Part shown: in pieces, positions 1 through 8,915 of the stretch
Position numbering within the stretch: the first letter of the stretch is position 1
Layout of the letters: each line of letters opens with the position of its first letter
Virus record (IMG/VR): IMGVR_UViG_3300025364_000003
Span: 62,001 to 126,000 of that record
Reading direction: 5' to 3' (one strand)
Length of the DNA: 64,000 bases
Made by a program: the position numbers and the translations under genes
Notes under the pieces: model-generated
Databases searched by the model: none
Seen by the model: the letters and a program-made list of their open reading frames with translations, nothing else
What the model was told of the DNA's origin: nothing

Positions 1-57
1 TAGAGATTAGTGTTTGGTAAACAAAAGAAAGAATATTAAAGAAAAAAGCATGACAAC

Positions 58-90
58 CAATTAAGGTGTCATGCAATTAAGGTGTCATGC
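58..90. repeat. Tandem duplication, 2 x 16 nt (CAATTAAGGTGTCATG)
   Basis: Two exact adjacent copies at 58-73 and 74-89, just past the stop of the 113..475 gene. Confidence 0.9.
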
Positions 91-112
91 TTTTCTTTTG
101 TGTCAAGTCACT

Positions 113-475
113 TTAGTTATTTTTCATACGAAACTTTTTTATGTATCGAAGATCTTTTTTTTCGATCCAAATTTTTGCTTCTTGATTGAAGAAAGAAAAG
201 TAAGTGTAAGGAGAGAACATTCCATCTGTTCTCTGAACAATTGTTTCGCCAATGTAAACAAAGGGAGGAGAGCCTACCCATCTCCAGGCCCAGGCCCCTG
301 TAATCTTACGGTCATCTTCAGAAGAGTAAGCAACAGGTTCCGTGTTCTTTCTTCTGGTATAGAGCTTACCTACCTGTAGTAGGATAGGCTTACCAGGATA
401 AGTGTGAAAATATGAAGGAGCCTGACCTTGTGAGAATTCCCCAGGGTTGTAGATGTAACGATCAGGCTCCCTCAT
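113..475 (-). CDS. Hypothetical protein (possible member of the SH3-like beta-barrel family)
   Basis: 120-aa ORF, GGAG upstream of ATG, same strand as the upstream VWA gene. Confidence 0.65.
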   Translation of the reverse strand: MREPDRYIYNPGEFSQGQAPSYFHTYPGKPILLQVGKLYTRRKNTEPVAYSSEDDRKITGAWAWRWVGSPPFVYIGETIVQRTDGMFSPYTYFSFFNQEAKIWIEKKDLRYIKKFRMKNN

Positions 476-543
476 TTTTCTTTTTTCTCCGTAGCGCTTG
501 ACCTGCTTTAGTTTATTAACGTCGTTTTCTAAAATAGAACAGT

Positions 544-2052
544 CTAATACCTTTTGAAAGCTTTGTCTCGCTTCATCTGAACTGCGAGGTCGCCCTTACG
601 GACGGCATCCATGGTACCATGCTCGGTGATGACCCAGATCACACGGGTTCCGATGATCTGACCCATGGTCGGAGCATAGCCATCGGTGAGCATAACGATG
701 CCGGCCCACTTGCCTCGGTTCTCGGGGAGGTTCATGAAATTCCGAACGCAGTCAAAATCGGTACCACCGCAGCGGGTACGATGGGCAGGAGGGAAGGGAC
801 GCCCCTTCTTCCAGACCGTGTGACTCCTCTCGTCCACCTGAGTATCGAAGTGATAGACATCGAGGTCGGTTTCACCAGCGAAGGACTCAAGCTCAGAGAA
901 CAACATTGCGATATCGTCATCGCTCATGGAACCCGACTGGTCGATGAAGCAAGCAAAGTTGGCCTTGTACTTGCGCTTGTAGCCTGGGAACATGTAAGGC
1001 GCCTTCTTGTTGATGCGCTTGATGGTGCTGTTACGCTCCATGGAACGACAACGACCGATGAACTGACGAAGGATGGAACGCCAGTCGATTTCCCTGGAAA
1101 GAATCTTACGAATGATTTCCGCAATTTCCAACGGAACCGAGCCCCAATCGTTGGTACGATCGGCACGCTTCACAGCCTTTTCGAGAACGTCACGGACCTT
1201 GTCACGAATCTGCTCCTTGACTTCCTCAGGGAGTTCGCCCCATTTTCCGTGGTCATCGATCGATGACATGCCCTTACCGACAGCGACGGTAACGGAATTT
1301 CCGTTCCCATTCTTCTTCTGCTCTTCTTCGATTTCTCGGAGCTTCTCGAAATAGAAGTCTGAGGACTCCATCTTTGGAGCGTTGGCGATAAACTCTGCGT
1401 AGGGACCATCAATTTCCTTGCCGGTAGCAGGATCAATGGGGTTCTTGCCGGGGATCAAGCAAGCGTCTGGGAGATTCTTTTCTCCAATGATGGAGTTGAT
1501 TGCAAGGTCGGTTGCCCAATTCCAAAGGACCTGATAATCCTTATCACCGGGAGCACGCTCGAAAATGTGCTGGAAAATCAGGTGGTACATCTCGTGCTTG
1601 ATGACGCCCTGTCGCTGACTCGGGGAGAGCGACTTGAAGAAATTCGGGTTGAAGCCCATGACCACCTCATGACGACGCCCGTTAGGACGAACGCCCACGT
1701 AAGCGGTAGGCATGTCATAGTCCGAGATCTTGGTAACTTCTGCGGACACCGTTCCGATGAACGGATCATTCATGTAGACCTTAAGGAAGTCGTGGTCGAA
1801 CTCACGGGCGCCTACGGTGCGCTCTTCCTCAGCCTTCTTAGCGATCTCACCAATTGCGGCATCGGCAGCAGCCTCGGCTTCCTGCCGAGACATGCCTTGT
1901 TCCTTCATGCGACGTTCGATGATCTGCTCACGGACCTGAGCCTTGATATCGTTCAGTTTTTCTGGAGAGACACCTGCGGTCTTCTTCTCCGACATTTCCT
2001 GTCCTGGCAGTCCCTTGTGAGCGGTGGTCTTATCTGACATATTTTCTCCCAT
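544..2052 (-). CDS. DUF2201-type metallopeptidase / VWA-domain protein (MoxR partner)
   Basis: HExxH motif (KHEMYH), WNWATDLAIN, C-terminal VWA with DQSGS MIDAS, FDT, GGTDF and TDG motifs; start may be 2040. Confidence 0.9.
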   Translation of the reverse strand: MGENMSDKTTAHKGLPGQEMSEKKTAGVSPEKLNDIKAQVREQIIERRMKEQGMSRQEAEAAADAAIGEIAKKAEEERTVGAREFDHDFLKVYMNDPFIGTVSAEVTKISDYDMPTAYVGVRPNGRRHEVVMGFNPNFFKSLSPSQRQGVIKHEMYHLIFQHIFERAPGDKDYQVLWNWATDLAINSIIGEKNLPDACLIPGKNPIDPATGKEIDGPYAEFIANAPKMESSDFYFEKLREIEEEQKKNGNGNSVTVAVGKGMSSIDDHGKWGELPEEVKEQIRDKVRDVLEKAVKRADRTNDWGSVPLEIAEIIRKILSREIDWRSILRQFIGRCRSMERNSTIKRINKKAPYMFPGYKRKYKANFACFIDQSGSMSDDDIAMLFSELESFAGETDLDVYHFDTQVDERSHTVWKKGRPFPPAHRTRCGGTDFDCVRNFMNLPENRGKWAGIVMLTDGYAPTMGQIIGTRVIWVITEHGTMDAVRKGDLAVQMKRDKAFKRY

Positions 2053-2113
2053 TAGGTTAAGTATGGGTCTCGATTATCACAACAGAGATACGGATCCCAT
2101 CCTCACAAGGGGT

Positions 2114-2144
2114 AGCATACATCGCCAAAAGCCTGAAGTAAACC
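2114..2144 (-). promoter_or_regulatory. Early-type promoter for the VWA gene (GG-TTTACT-17-TATGCT)
   Basis: Matches the recurrent motif with 17-nt spacing. Confidence 0.6.
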
Positions 2145-2194
2145 GGATTTTAATATTTTCGGGCTTTCCTTATAGGTCCCCTACCCTTTGGAAT

Positions 2195-2224
2195 ATATCG
2201 TGCGACTCCATATCGTGCGACTCC
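2195..2224. repeat. Tandem 2 x 15 nt ATATCGTGCGACTCC (TCGTRCGAC motif)
   Basis: Exact tandem copies in the intergenic region between divergent genes. Confidence 0.9.
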
Positions 2225-2285
2225 AGGTTTGGAAAAAATCCCAAAAGGGGTTCAAGAAAAGAAGAAATGGTGGTATGGTTTCATC

Positions 2286-2459
2286 ATGGACGATTTAGTC
2301 ATTCCAGTGTTTCGCCCGGCGAATCCTTGGTGTGGCAACGAACGTATTTCGTGCGACTCCAAAAAGCTGCTTCCGTTGGAGCAGGCAGTGGTAAACTACA
2401 TGGAATCCAATTTTGGAGACATCGATCTTCGAGATAAAAATGAAGTAGATGGTCATTGA
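2286..2459 (+). CDS. Small hypothetical protein (57 aa, leaderless)
   Basis: ATG 2286 lies 6 nt after TATGGT of a GG-TTCAAG-17 promoter. Confidence 0.6.
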   Translation: MDDLVIPVFRPANPWCGNERISCDSKKLLPLEQAVVNYMESNFGDIDLRDKNEVDGH

Positions 2460-2556
2460 CCATAAAACGAAGTTGTGGTTCACTCACAACTTTAGAGGTG
2501 CTACCTTCTTAGAGGTCATCCCACAGGGAAAAGGTTGAAAGGTAAGGAATAGATTT

Positions 2557-3876
2557 ATGAGTGTACTTTGTCAGATTGTCGGCATGGAAAGTCTCAAGCG
2601 GGTGCTTCGCCATGTTAGTTCCGATATCACCATCTGCGTACGTGGTCGCCACGCTGTCGGTAAGTCCGAGGCCGTCTACCAGGCAGCTTCCGAGATTCGG
2701 TCCGACTTCTACAAGGACCCAGCCAATTGTGCCAAGATGATGATGGCTCTTGGTGGAGAGGTTCGTACCGTTCTCAATGGCGAGAAGGTGTGGACGTCCG
2801 AGTGGAAGTACGAATACGGCATTCCCGTCGTCGAGCGCCGTCTTTCTCAGATGACGGAGGGTGATATCATCGGTCTCCCGGAGATGGTGCAGCTCACCGA
2901 CGGTGAGCGCCAGTGGAATTCTACGGCTTTCCGTCCGTGCGACTGGCTCATCCAGGCATGCCAGTTCCCTGTTATGCTCTTCCTCGACGAGCGCAACCGT
3001 GCTCTACAGGGCGTGAAGCAGGCTGTGTTCCAGCTAGCAGATTCCAAGGTGTTCTATGGTGCCAAGCTTCACAATGACACTCACATTGTCGTTGCTGAGA
3101 ACGTCGGCGAGAACTATCAGGTTGAACAGAGCGACCCGGCTGAGGTGTCTCGTTGGGTTACTTTTGAGCTGGAGCCGTCAGAGGACGAGTGGCTCAAGTG
3201 GGCAGAGGGCAAGTGTCATCTAGCAACCATCGAGTTCATTCGTGCAAACCCGAAGGCTCTAGAGCACAAGGGTACGTTCGAGGCGGACAAGAAGTACCCG
3301 GACCGTCGTTCTTGGTTCAAGCTCGATCAGGAGTGTCAGCGTCTTGGCATTTTTGATACCGACGATAAGGATCTTGTCGGCAAGGCAGGTCTTTTGTACC
3401 ACTTGGCCGGTGGTTTCATCGGGCCCGAGTGGGGTTCGAAGTTCACCAAGTTTGTCCAGGAGCGTGACCGTGAGATTAAGGCCACCGACATTCTGAATTC
3501 TTGGAAGAAGGCCAAGAAGAGGTTGTCGAAGGGTCAGAACGGCCAGATTTCCAACGAGCAGTACATCGAGGCGGTTCATAAGCTCGGTGACTGGTTGAAG
3601 GAAGAAAAGAACCAGCTTGATGTTCGTCAGGCCAAGAACTTCGCTGCTTTCATGCACGATTGTCCCCCGGAGCCCTGCATGAGTGCCTGGGCAATGCTTC
3701 AGAAGAACACGAAGAACCTTTTCAAGGTTCACCCCTACATCGAGAAGCTCATGGTCGCCCGTGCTTCTGGTCAGTCCATCACGGACCTCACTCCTCCGGA
3801 TCCGGACGAGGATGACAGTGTCAGCGATACTGAGGCTGCTCCAAAGCCTCGTAGCAAGCGAGGACGACGTCTGTAA
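2557..3876 (+). CDS. MoxR-family AAA+ ATPase
   Basis: Walker A GRHAVGKS, RLSQMTEGDIIGLP, Walker B LFLDERNRA, sensor region DPAEVSRW; SD AAGGA. Confidence 0.9.
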   Translation: MSVLCQIVGMESLKRVLRHVSSDITICVRGRHAVGKSEAVYQAASEIRSDFYKDPANCAKMMMALGGEVRTVLNGEKVWTSEWKYEYGIPVVERRLSQMTEGDIIGLPEMVQLTDGERQWNSTAFRPCDWLIQACQFPVMLFLDERNRALQGVKQAVFQLADSKVFYGAKLHNDTHIVVAENVGENYQVEQSDPAEVSRWVTFELEPSEDEWLKWAEGKCHLATIEFIRANPKALEHKGTFEADKKYPDRRSWFKLDQECQRLGIFDTDDKDLVGKAGLLYHLAGGFIGPEWGSKFTKFVQERDREIKATDILNSWKKAKKRLSKGQNGQISNEQYIEAVHKLGDWLKEEKNQLDVRQAKNFAAFMHDCPPEPCMSAWAMLQKNTKNLFKVHPYIEKLMVARASGQSITDLTPPDPDEDDSVSDTEAAPKPRSKRGRRL

Positions 3877-3897
3877 AATCCCAACCTCCCTTTCCCC

Positions 3898-3925
3898 GGC
3901 CGGGGGGCAATTCTGCCCCCCGGCC
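3898..3925 (+). terminator. 12-bp GC hairpin after the MoxR gene
   Basis: GGCCGGGGGGCA-ATTC-TGCCCCCCGGCC followed by CCTCTTT. Confidence 0.65.
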
Positions 3926-3951
3926 CCTCTTTGTCTGGATACCCCTTCATA

Positions 3952-3982
3952 TATTTCGTACGACTCGTATTTCGTACGACTC
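3952..3982. repeat. Tandem 2 x 16 nt TATTTCGTACGACTC(G) (TCGTACGA palindrome)
   Basis: Exact tandem copies upstream of the 3995 gene. Confidence 0.9.
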
Positions 3983-3994
3983 AGAAAAGAGGAT

Positions 3995-4297
3995 ATGAGA
4001 GATCTTGATGAAGCCATCGGAAAGTTTGTTCGTATTGGTTACAACACAGTTGAATACAACAACGTAACCAGACCACGAGCTTATCCTGCGTGGCTCCCAG
4101 GTGTGGCTTTGAAACCAAGTTCATCGGAACCATATCTTTTTATACCACATGGTTCGGTAGTTTTGTTGATTTCGGCAGGTTACGACTTTAGTAGCATTTT
4201 TTATGGCGAGCAGGTTTTATTTGTTCATTCTGGACATTTGAGCAAAATGACTTCTGAAGAAGTAGAGGAGTGGGCAAATGCCCAACCGCAAGTTTAA
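3995..4297 (+). CDS. Hypothetical protein, SH3-like beta-barrel family
   Basis: GAGGA SD before ATG 3995 (MRDLDEAIGKFVRI...IPHGSVVLL). Confidence 0.65.
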   Translation: MRDLDEAIGKFVRIGYNTVEYNNVTRPRAYPAWLPGVALKPSSSEPYLFIPHGSVVLLISAGYDFSSIFYGEQVLFVHSGHLSKMTSEEVEEWANAQPQV

Positions 4298-4622
4298 AGT
4301 TCCTGAACCGGGGACATTAGTTTTGGCTAAGGGCCGTTGGTCTTTGTTTACCAAGGCTCCAAGTGTTATAATTAAAAACTATACAAGTTGGCCTGATGGT
4401 CGTGGTGAAGTCATTGAGCTGATTCCAGGACAACCTTTGATGTTTTTGGAGACAATAACCTGCCCAGGTAGTGTTACACTTGGCTACAATAAATTTGTTT
4501 ATAAGTTTTTGGCAGATGGTAAAGTAGCTTATACAGTTCCTACCAGAGACAAGCCGAAGAAGTTTTTGGCGCAACACGTTAGAATACCAAAGAATAAAAA
4601 TGAACGCAAAACCAGAAGTTAG
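4278..4622 (+). CDS. Hypothetical protein, SH3-like beta-barrel family
   Basis: PEPGTLVLA...IPGQPLMFLE...YKFLADGKV signature; overlaps both neighbours as in an operon. Confidence 0.75.
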   Translation: MPNRKFKVPEPGTLVLAKGRWSLFTKAPSVIIKNYTSWPDGRGEVIELIPGQPLMFLETITCPGSVTLGYNKFVYKFLADGKVAYTVPTRDKPKKFLAQHVRIPKNKNERKTRS

Positions 4623-4827
4623 TTCTTCAGTTGAATCATTGCTCATAAAAGAAGTTCATTATGATCCTTTTATGAGTGTAATGACACTTACATTTTCCAA
4701 TGGTGGAATCTACGAGTACATCGAAGTCCCTGAGGAAACTTACAAGGAACTTACGGAAGCCCCTTCAGCTGGAAAGTATTTCCACATGAACATCAAGAAC
4801 AAGTTCCAGTTTCTTAGAAGAAAGTGA
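4600..4827 (+). CDS. KTSC-domain protein
   Basis: SS..I.EVHYD...L.F.NGGIYEY..VP...Y..L..APSAGKYF..NIK pattern. Confidence 0.9.
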   Translation: MNAKPEVSSSVESLLIKEVHYDPFMSVMTLTFSNGGIYEYIEVPEETYKELTEAPSAGKYFHMNIKNKFQFLRRK

Positions 4828-5045
4828 GATTTATTTTCAATGAAGTTTTTCATTCCGGTTACTTTATGCCGGAAAGACGAAATCTGGAAAACAGAAGAAG
4901 TCCTTAGGAGACTTTTGGGCGAAACTCGTGGATTTCAACCAGATTGATTCGGAAATTATCGACGATAACGTACGACTTCATAAGTAATAAATCGTACGAC
5001 ATGACCGAAGTTTACATCTAATCTCCAATATGGTATATTGGACAT

Positions 5046-5540
5046 ATGTCTAAGGGAATTAAAAATCCACGACTCACAGACCAGCCCTGGATGCTTCCTC
5101 AGCCGAGGAATGCAGTAAATACTCCAGATGAGCCGCTTACCCGAGGTCAGGAGTTAAAGGTAGATTGTATTGAGCACGGATTTGATTTTATTCCATGCTT
5201 TCCTAAACCGGGTGAAGAGCGTACGATTACAAGGATTGCTAATGGTACATGGATTATCTACCTTGGAACGGTAGAGTTTAATGGTGCGACTTGTATGGAG
5301 TTTATGACCAAAGAGGGAGAACAATTCTTCTATCTTGGTGATGGAGCCCTACGGCATCTTTTGAATATCCCGGTGAGGAAAATCAAGAAAGGCAACCCTT
5401 TTAGAAAAAAGAGCGGCTCCAAGGTTGGTCATCGGGGTGGTCAACGACATAAACCCCATGGTCGCAAGAAGCGTCCTGGGGAGGGATTGATCAATTTAGC
5501 TAGTGGCAAAGCTCGAACTAAAAAGGAACGTAGGAAATAA
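5046..5540 (+). CDS. Hypothetical protein with basic C-terminal tail (leaderless)
   Basis: TTTACA-17-TATATT-6-ATG promoter; IANGTWIIYLG beta-barrel-like core; K/R-rich tail. Confidence 0.75.
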   Translation: MSKGIKNPRLTDQPWMLPQPRNAVNTPDEPLTRGQELKVDCIEHGFDFIPCFPKPGEERTITRIANGTWIIYLGTVEFNGATCMEFMTKEGEQFFYLGDGALRHLLNIPVRKIKKGNPFRKKSGSKVGHRGGQRHKPHGRKKRPGEGLINLASGKARTKKERRK

Positions 5541-5755
5541 TGACCGACTTTAAAAAGTATCAAGTGGAAGCTGCATGTTGGGAAGACTCTATTACTAGAA
5601 TTTTTTTTGCTCCCAACAAGGAATCAGCTTTTAAAGCGGTCTTTAAAGAAATAAGCCGTACGCATCCTGGTTTTGATATCGTACGACTTTGGGGAGAAGG
5701 TAAGCTTCTCTGGACTATTGATGAAGGTTGGCTTAGGGAACACGAAGCCTTCTAA
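5540..5755 (+). CDS. Small hypothetical protein
   Basis: TAATG-coupled to the upstream gene. Confidence 0.7.
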   Translation: MTDFKKYQVEAACWEDSITRIFFAPNKESAFKAVFKEISRTHPGFDIVRLWGEGKLLWTIDEGWLREHEAF

Positions 5756-5761
5756 TCTACC

Positions 5762-6019
5762 TTAGACTCCTAGGATGTATCCCTCCACCAAGGAGGCCGA
5801 CACCCAACAGATTAAACCATTTGGTAGTGTCACTCGATACTCCAGTTCGGGTGTTCCAAGCCATTGGCTGGCTTCCATGTCGATATTCCAGCCGATGATA
5901 CGACACATCCTCTGTCGGATGTCCCCAAACAGGAATGCATCCCGAATAAAGATTCTGGTGCCCTCTGGAAGGATGTTCAGTCCATCCAGCTTCAAAATTT
6001 GCTTAGCATTACCTCTCAT
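5762..6019 (-). CDS. Hypothetical protein, SH3-like barrel
   Basis: LPEGTRIFI...CRIIGW...YRVTLPNGLICWV; start uncertain (6019 or 6028). Confidence 0.6.
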   Translation of the reverse strand: MRGNAKQILKLDGLNILPEGTRIFIRDAFLFGDIRQRMCRIIGWNIDMEASQWLGTPELEYRVTLPNGLICWVSASLVEGYILGV

Positions 6020-6320
6020 TTGAGCCATCCTCACGGTACGGAATTTGCTTTTTGGTAAAGTCCTTGATCGAGCCATCATAAACGTATTCGAGGCCGTACG
6101 ACTCAAAACAATGAAGCCAAGGGTTCGAGCGACCCTTTCTCATTCGTTTGATATAAACGAGATGTTCACCGGGCCAGATTACCCTTTGGATACTCTCAGT
6201 ATAATCCCAGCTTTCATCCGACGGAAACACTTGCTGAGCTTGTTTGAAGAAGCAAATGTCTCCATTGTGAATAAAGTTTGGGTTCTTTTTCTTCGTTGCG
6301 AATCGCTGCTTGTGATACAT
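6009..6320 (-). CDS. Hypothetical protein, SH3-like family
   Basis: IHNGDICFFK...IWPGEHLVYI signature. Confidence 0.65.
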   Translation of the reverse strand: MYHKQRFATKKKNPNFIHNGDICFFKQAQQVFPSDESWDYTESIQRVIWPGEHLVYIKRMRKGRSNPWLHCFESYGLEYVYDGSIKDFTKKQIPYREDGSNER

Positions 6321-6321
6321 T

Positions 6322-6543
6322 TTAGCTCTGGCTTAGCTCATCTGCTACAGCAATTAGCAACTCTACCCAATCCCTCGATTCGATAGCAGCTTCCATGCAA
6401 AGGGTAAGCAGATGGATCTTTTGTTCAAAATTCAGTGTGATAGGCTCGGTAACTTTATTGAGGTAAACGGTTACCTCTTTTGCTTTGTTCCATCCTGGCG
6501 TGTTCCAATCACCCAGCTGGAATGCTTCGGTTACCTTGTTCAT
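6322..6543 (-). CDS. Small hypothetical protein (leaderless)
   Basis: GG-TTCACA-18-TACGCT-7-ATG promoter with a TCGTACGAC motif in the spacer. Confidence 0.7.
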   Translation of the reverse strand: MNKVTEAFQLGDWNTPGWNKAKEVTVYLNKVTEPITLNFEQKIHLLTLCMEAAIESRDWVELLIAVADELSQS

Positions 6544-6696
6544 TCTCTTTAGCGTAACATATTCGTACGACTATTGTGAACCGAATTTCCCATAAACCAG
6601 ATGGTATCACCTTTGATACATCATCGGGCAGGGTTGCCGTTCCCCTCCTCCTGGAGTATTTTAAAGGTACCACTTCGGCTGACACTTTTAAACCGA

Positions 6697-6733
6697 ATAA
6701 AAGAAAAGGCGGCCCCAGGGGTGGGCCGCCTTT
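6697..6733 (-). terminator. Intrinsic terminator
   Basis: 11-bp stem AAAGGCGGCCC/GGGCCGCCTTT followed by a U-tract on the minus strand. Confidence 0.75.
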
Positions 6734-6753
6734 CTAAAGGGTATCACTCAGGA

Positions 6754-7005
6754 TTACCTGTTGGGAGGTGGAGTTGGAGGAGGGAGTGCCCCGTCCGGTC
6801 CGTCCTCAAAAATTCTGAGATACTTTTCTTCCTGGACATTGGCCTTGCAGTCCTTCTTGCGCTTATGCATCCAGCCGCTGCGTTCAATGCCCTCTACGAT
6901 CTGTCCTTCCTGGTAGCCCGAGGGAACACCTGGCCCCCAGATTTCCATGTGGCAATAATCACACTCGACGTCTTCTTCGACGATCTTTTCGGCCTTATTT
7001 GTCAT
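6754..7005 (-). CDS. Small putative Zn-binding protein
   Basis: CDYC...H...C motif, Pro-rich end. Confidence 0.65.
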   Translation of the reverse strand: MTNKAEKIVEEDVECDYCHMEIWGPGVPSGYQEGQIVEGIERSGWMHKRKKDCKANVQEEKYLRIFEDGPDGALPPPTPPPNR

Positions 7006-7069
7006 CGTTTCGTTTCCTTAACGTTTAGGGGAATAACGGCCTGAACAGGCCGTTATTTTTGTTTATGGC

Positions 7070-7852
7070 TCAAGCTTCGTCGAGGTCGTCCTCATCGTCG
7101 TCGTCTGCCGCTGCTGCTCGGGCCTGTTCGAAGCAGAGTCCCTTGGCAGTGAGATCGAAGTTGTAGAAGGTTCCGGCGACACCGAATCGGTTCTTGCGCA
7201 TCTCGCAGACTCGCTCCTCGTACTCGGGATCATAGGACAAATGAAGGTGACAGTCGACGATATGCTTGATCGTCTGCTTACCTGAGAATTCACCCTTCTT
7301 GTTCACGTGACCGATAAGGAACAGGGTGACCCAATTGTTCTTGGCATACTCAGTAAGCTTCTCTAGGGCCATGATCTGCTGCTTGTCCTTGCCAGGCGGA
7401 CGGCCCCGACCACCGGCCGGACGAACCGTAAGGCACTGGAGCGAATCCTGAATGAGGAAAAGCTGCTTGCCGGGGTGCTTAGCCCGGATGCGCTCGCAAT
7501 GTTCGATGATATCCTCGGCGTCTCGGTTGTACGACGGGATGAACCCATGCTTGAGGCTGAGACGCTTCGTCACACGGCGCACCTGGTAGAGGGACTCCTC
7601 ACCGGTGTTGACGATTACCTTGTGCCCCATGCGAGTCAGGTTGTCGGCCAACTGGAGCATTAGCGTGGTCTTGCCCGCACCGGGCCCACCGCTCACCAGA
7701 GAGACCGTACCGGCGATAATCCCATCGCCAGCGTAAAGCAGATCAATGTGCTGATGCCCCGTGGGGATCGCCACCTCCATCTGCGGGGGAACTTCGATAT
7801 CCAGAATGTTGCCATCGATATCGACGGTGGGCTGTCCGATTCCAAGCTTCAT
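7070..7852 (-). CDS. radA: RadA/Sms-like RecA-family ATPase (ATPase domain only)
   Basis: Walker A GGPGAGKTT, GEES, Walker B IQDSLQ, IGHVNKKG, H.VD, KNRFG signature; no N-terminal Zn finger and no Lon-like C-terminal domain. Confidence 0.85.
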   Translation of the reverse strand: MKLGIGQPTVDIDGNILDIEVPPQMEVAIPTGHQHIDLLYAGDGIIAGTVSLVSGGPGAGKTTLMLQLADNLTRMGHKVIVNTGEESLYQVRRVTKRLSLKHGFIPSYNRDAEDIIEHCERIRAKHPGKQLFLIQDSLQCLTVRPAGGRGRPPGKDKQQIMALEKLTEYAKNNWVTLFLIGHVNKKGEFSGKQTIKHIVDCHLHLSYDPEYEERVCEMRKNRFGVAGTFYNFDLTAKGLCFEQARAAAADDDDEDDLDEA

Positions 7853-8214
7853 GTTTCCCTCTTTCCTTTCGAGGCGACGCCGCCCCCTGATGTTGAATCG
7901 AATATAACTTATTCGTTCCGTGATTTAAACCGTTTGTCGGATTTTCTTTGTGACAGCCAGGTGACAGCCAAAATGGCGGCTGACCTGCTCGCTGTCCAGA
8001 AGAACGAATATGACATATTCCTTCAGGTATGTGAACCGGATGGCGGGGAAATTTGTAAGTTATTGAGATCGCTGAAGAATGCAGAAAAAATCCTAAAAGG
8101 AGTTCATACCCATGGATACCGTTGTTATTCTCTAACCATTGACGGGCCCTAGGGGGGCCGCAAGGCAAAACCAACGGAAACCAAACAAAACTTTGTGAGA
8201 AAAAGGTAGGAATC

Positions 8215-8748
8215 ATGACTCAGGATCGACTTCGTAGCACGGGCCGCAAGCCCACTCTCGACGTGACCGGCATCCAGGCGCTCCTGGAGCGCTACATGGA
8301 CGGCAGCAACGTCTCCATCTCCACCCTCGCCGAGGAGCAGAGCCTCACCACGGCCACCGTCCGCAAGTACCTCAAGGCGGCAGGACTCACCCTGCCCCGA
8401 GGCCGAGCCGCTCTCAAGCCCCGTGAGGTGATCAGCGTGCGCACCCTCATGAACCGTATGTCCGTGGAGGATCTTCTCGGTTCGGGCCGTGTGGAGCTTC
8501 TGCGCCGCCGCCTGGAGCTGGGTCAGAGCATGACCAGCCTCGCCACCGAGTTCGGCCTCAGCCGTGACCGGATCCGCAAGTTCCGGGACGAGTCGGGTCT
8601 GGCCCCGGAGGTCAGTGCGGAGGCCGAGGCGCCCGAGAGCCCCGAGGAGCCCACGGTCGAGGAGTCGGCCGAGGAGTCGGCCGAGGAGGCGGTGGCCGAG
8701 ACCACCGAGGATGCCATGGAGACGGCCGAAAGCACCGAGCGGGTCTGA
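8215..8748 (+). CDS. Tandem-HTH protein with sigma4-like C-terminal HTH and acidic tail (paralog 1)
   Basis: HTH1 ISTLAEEQSLTTATVRKYL; HTH2 MTSLATEFGLSRDRIRK; paralog of 27402..27878. Confidence 0.8.
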   Translation: MTQDRLRSTGRKPTLDVTGIQALLERYMDGSNVSISTLAEEQSLTTATVRKYLKAAGLTLPRGRAALKPREVISVRTLMNRMSVEDLLGSGRVELLRRRLELGQSMTSLATEFGLSRDRIRKFRDESGLAPEVSAEAEAPESPEEPTVEESAEESAEEAVAETTEDAMETAESTERV

Positions 8749-8915
8749 GCCAGACTTAGCTGAAAACTAAGAAAGCTTGAAGCTAGAAAACTAAGAAAAA
8801 AGGACCCTTGGTCGAAAGGCCAAGGGTTCGTTGTGTTTAACACTTGATAATAGTTCTTGATAGTTTTATTATAAAAGCTGTTCAGTAGTTGGACGTCCTG
8901 TGATAGATTTGTACT

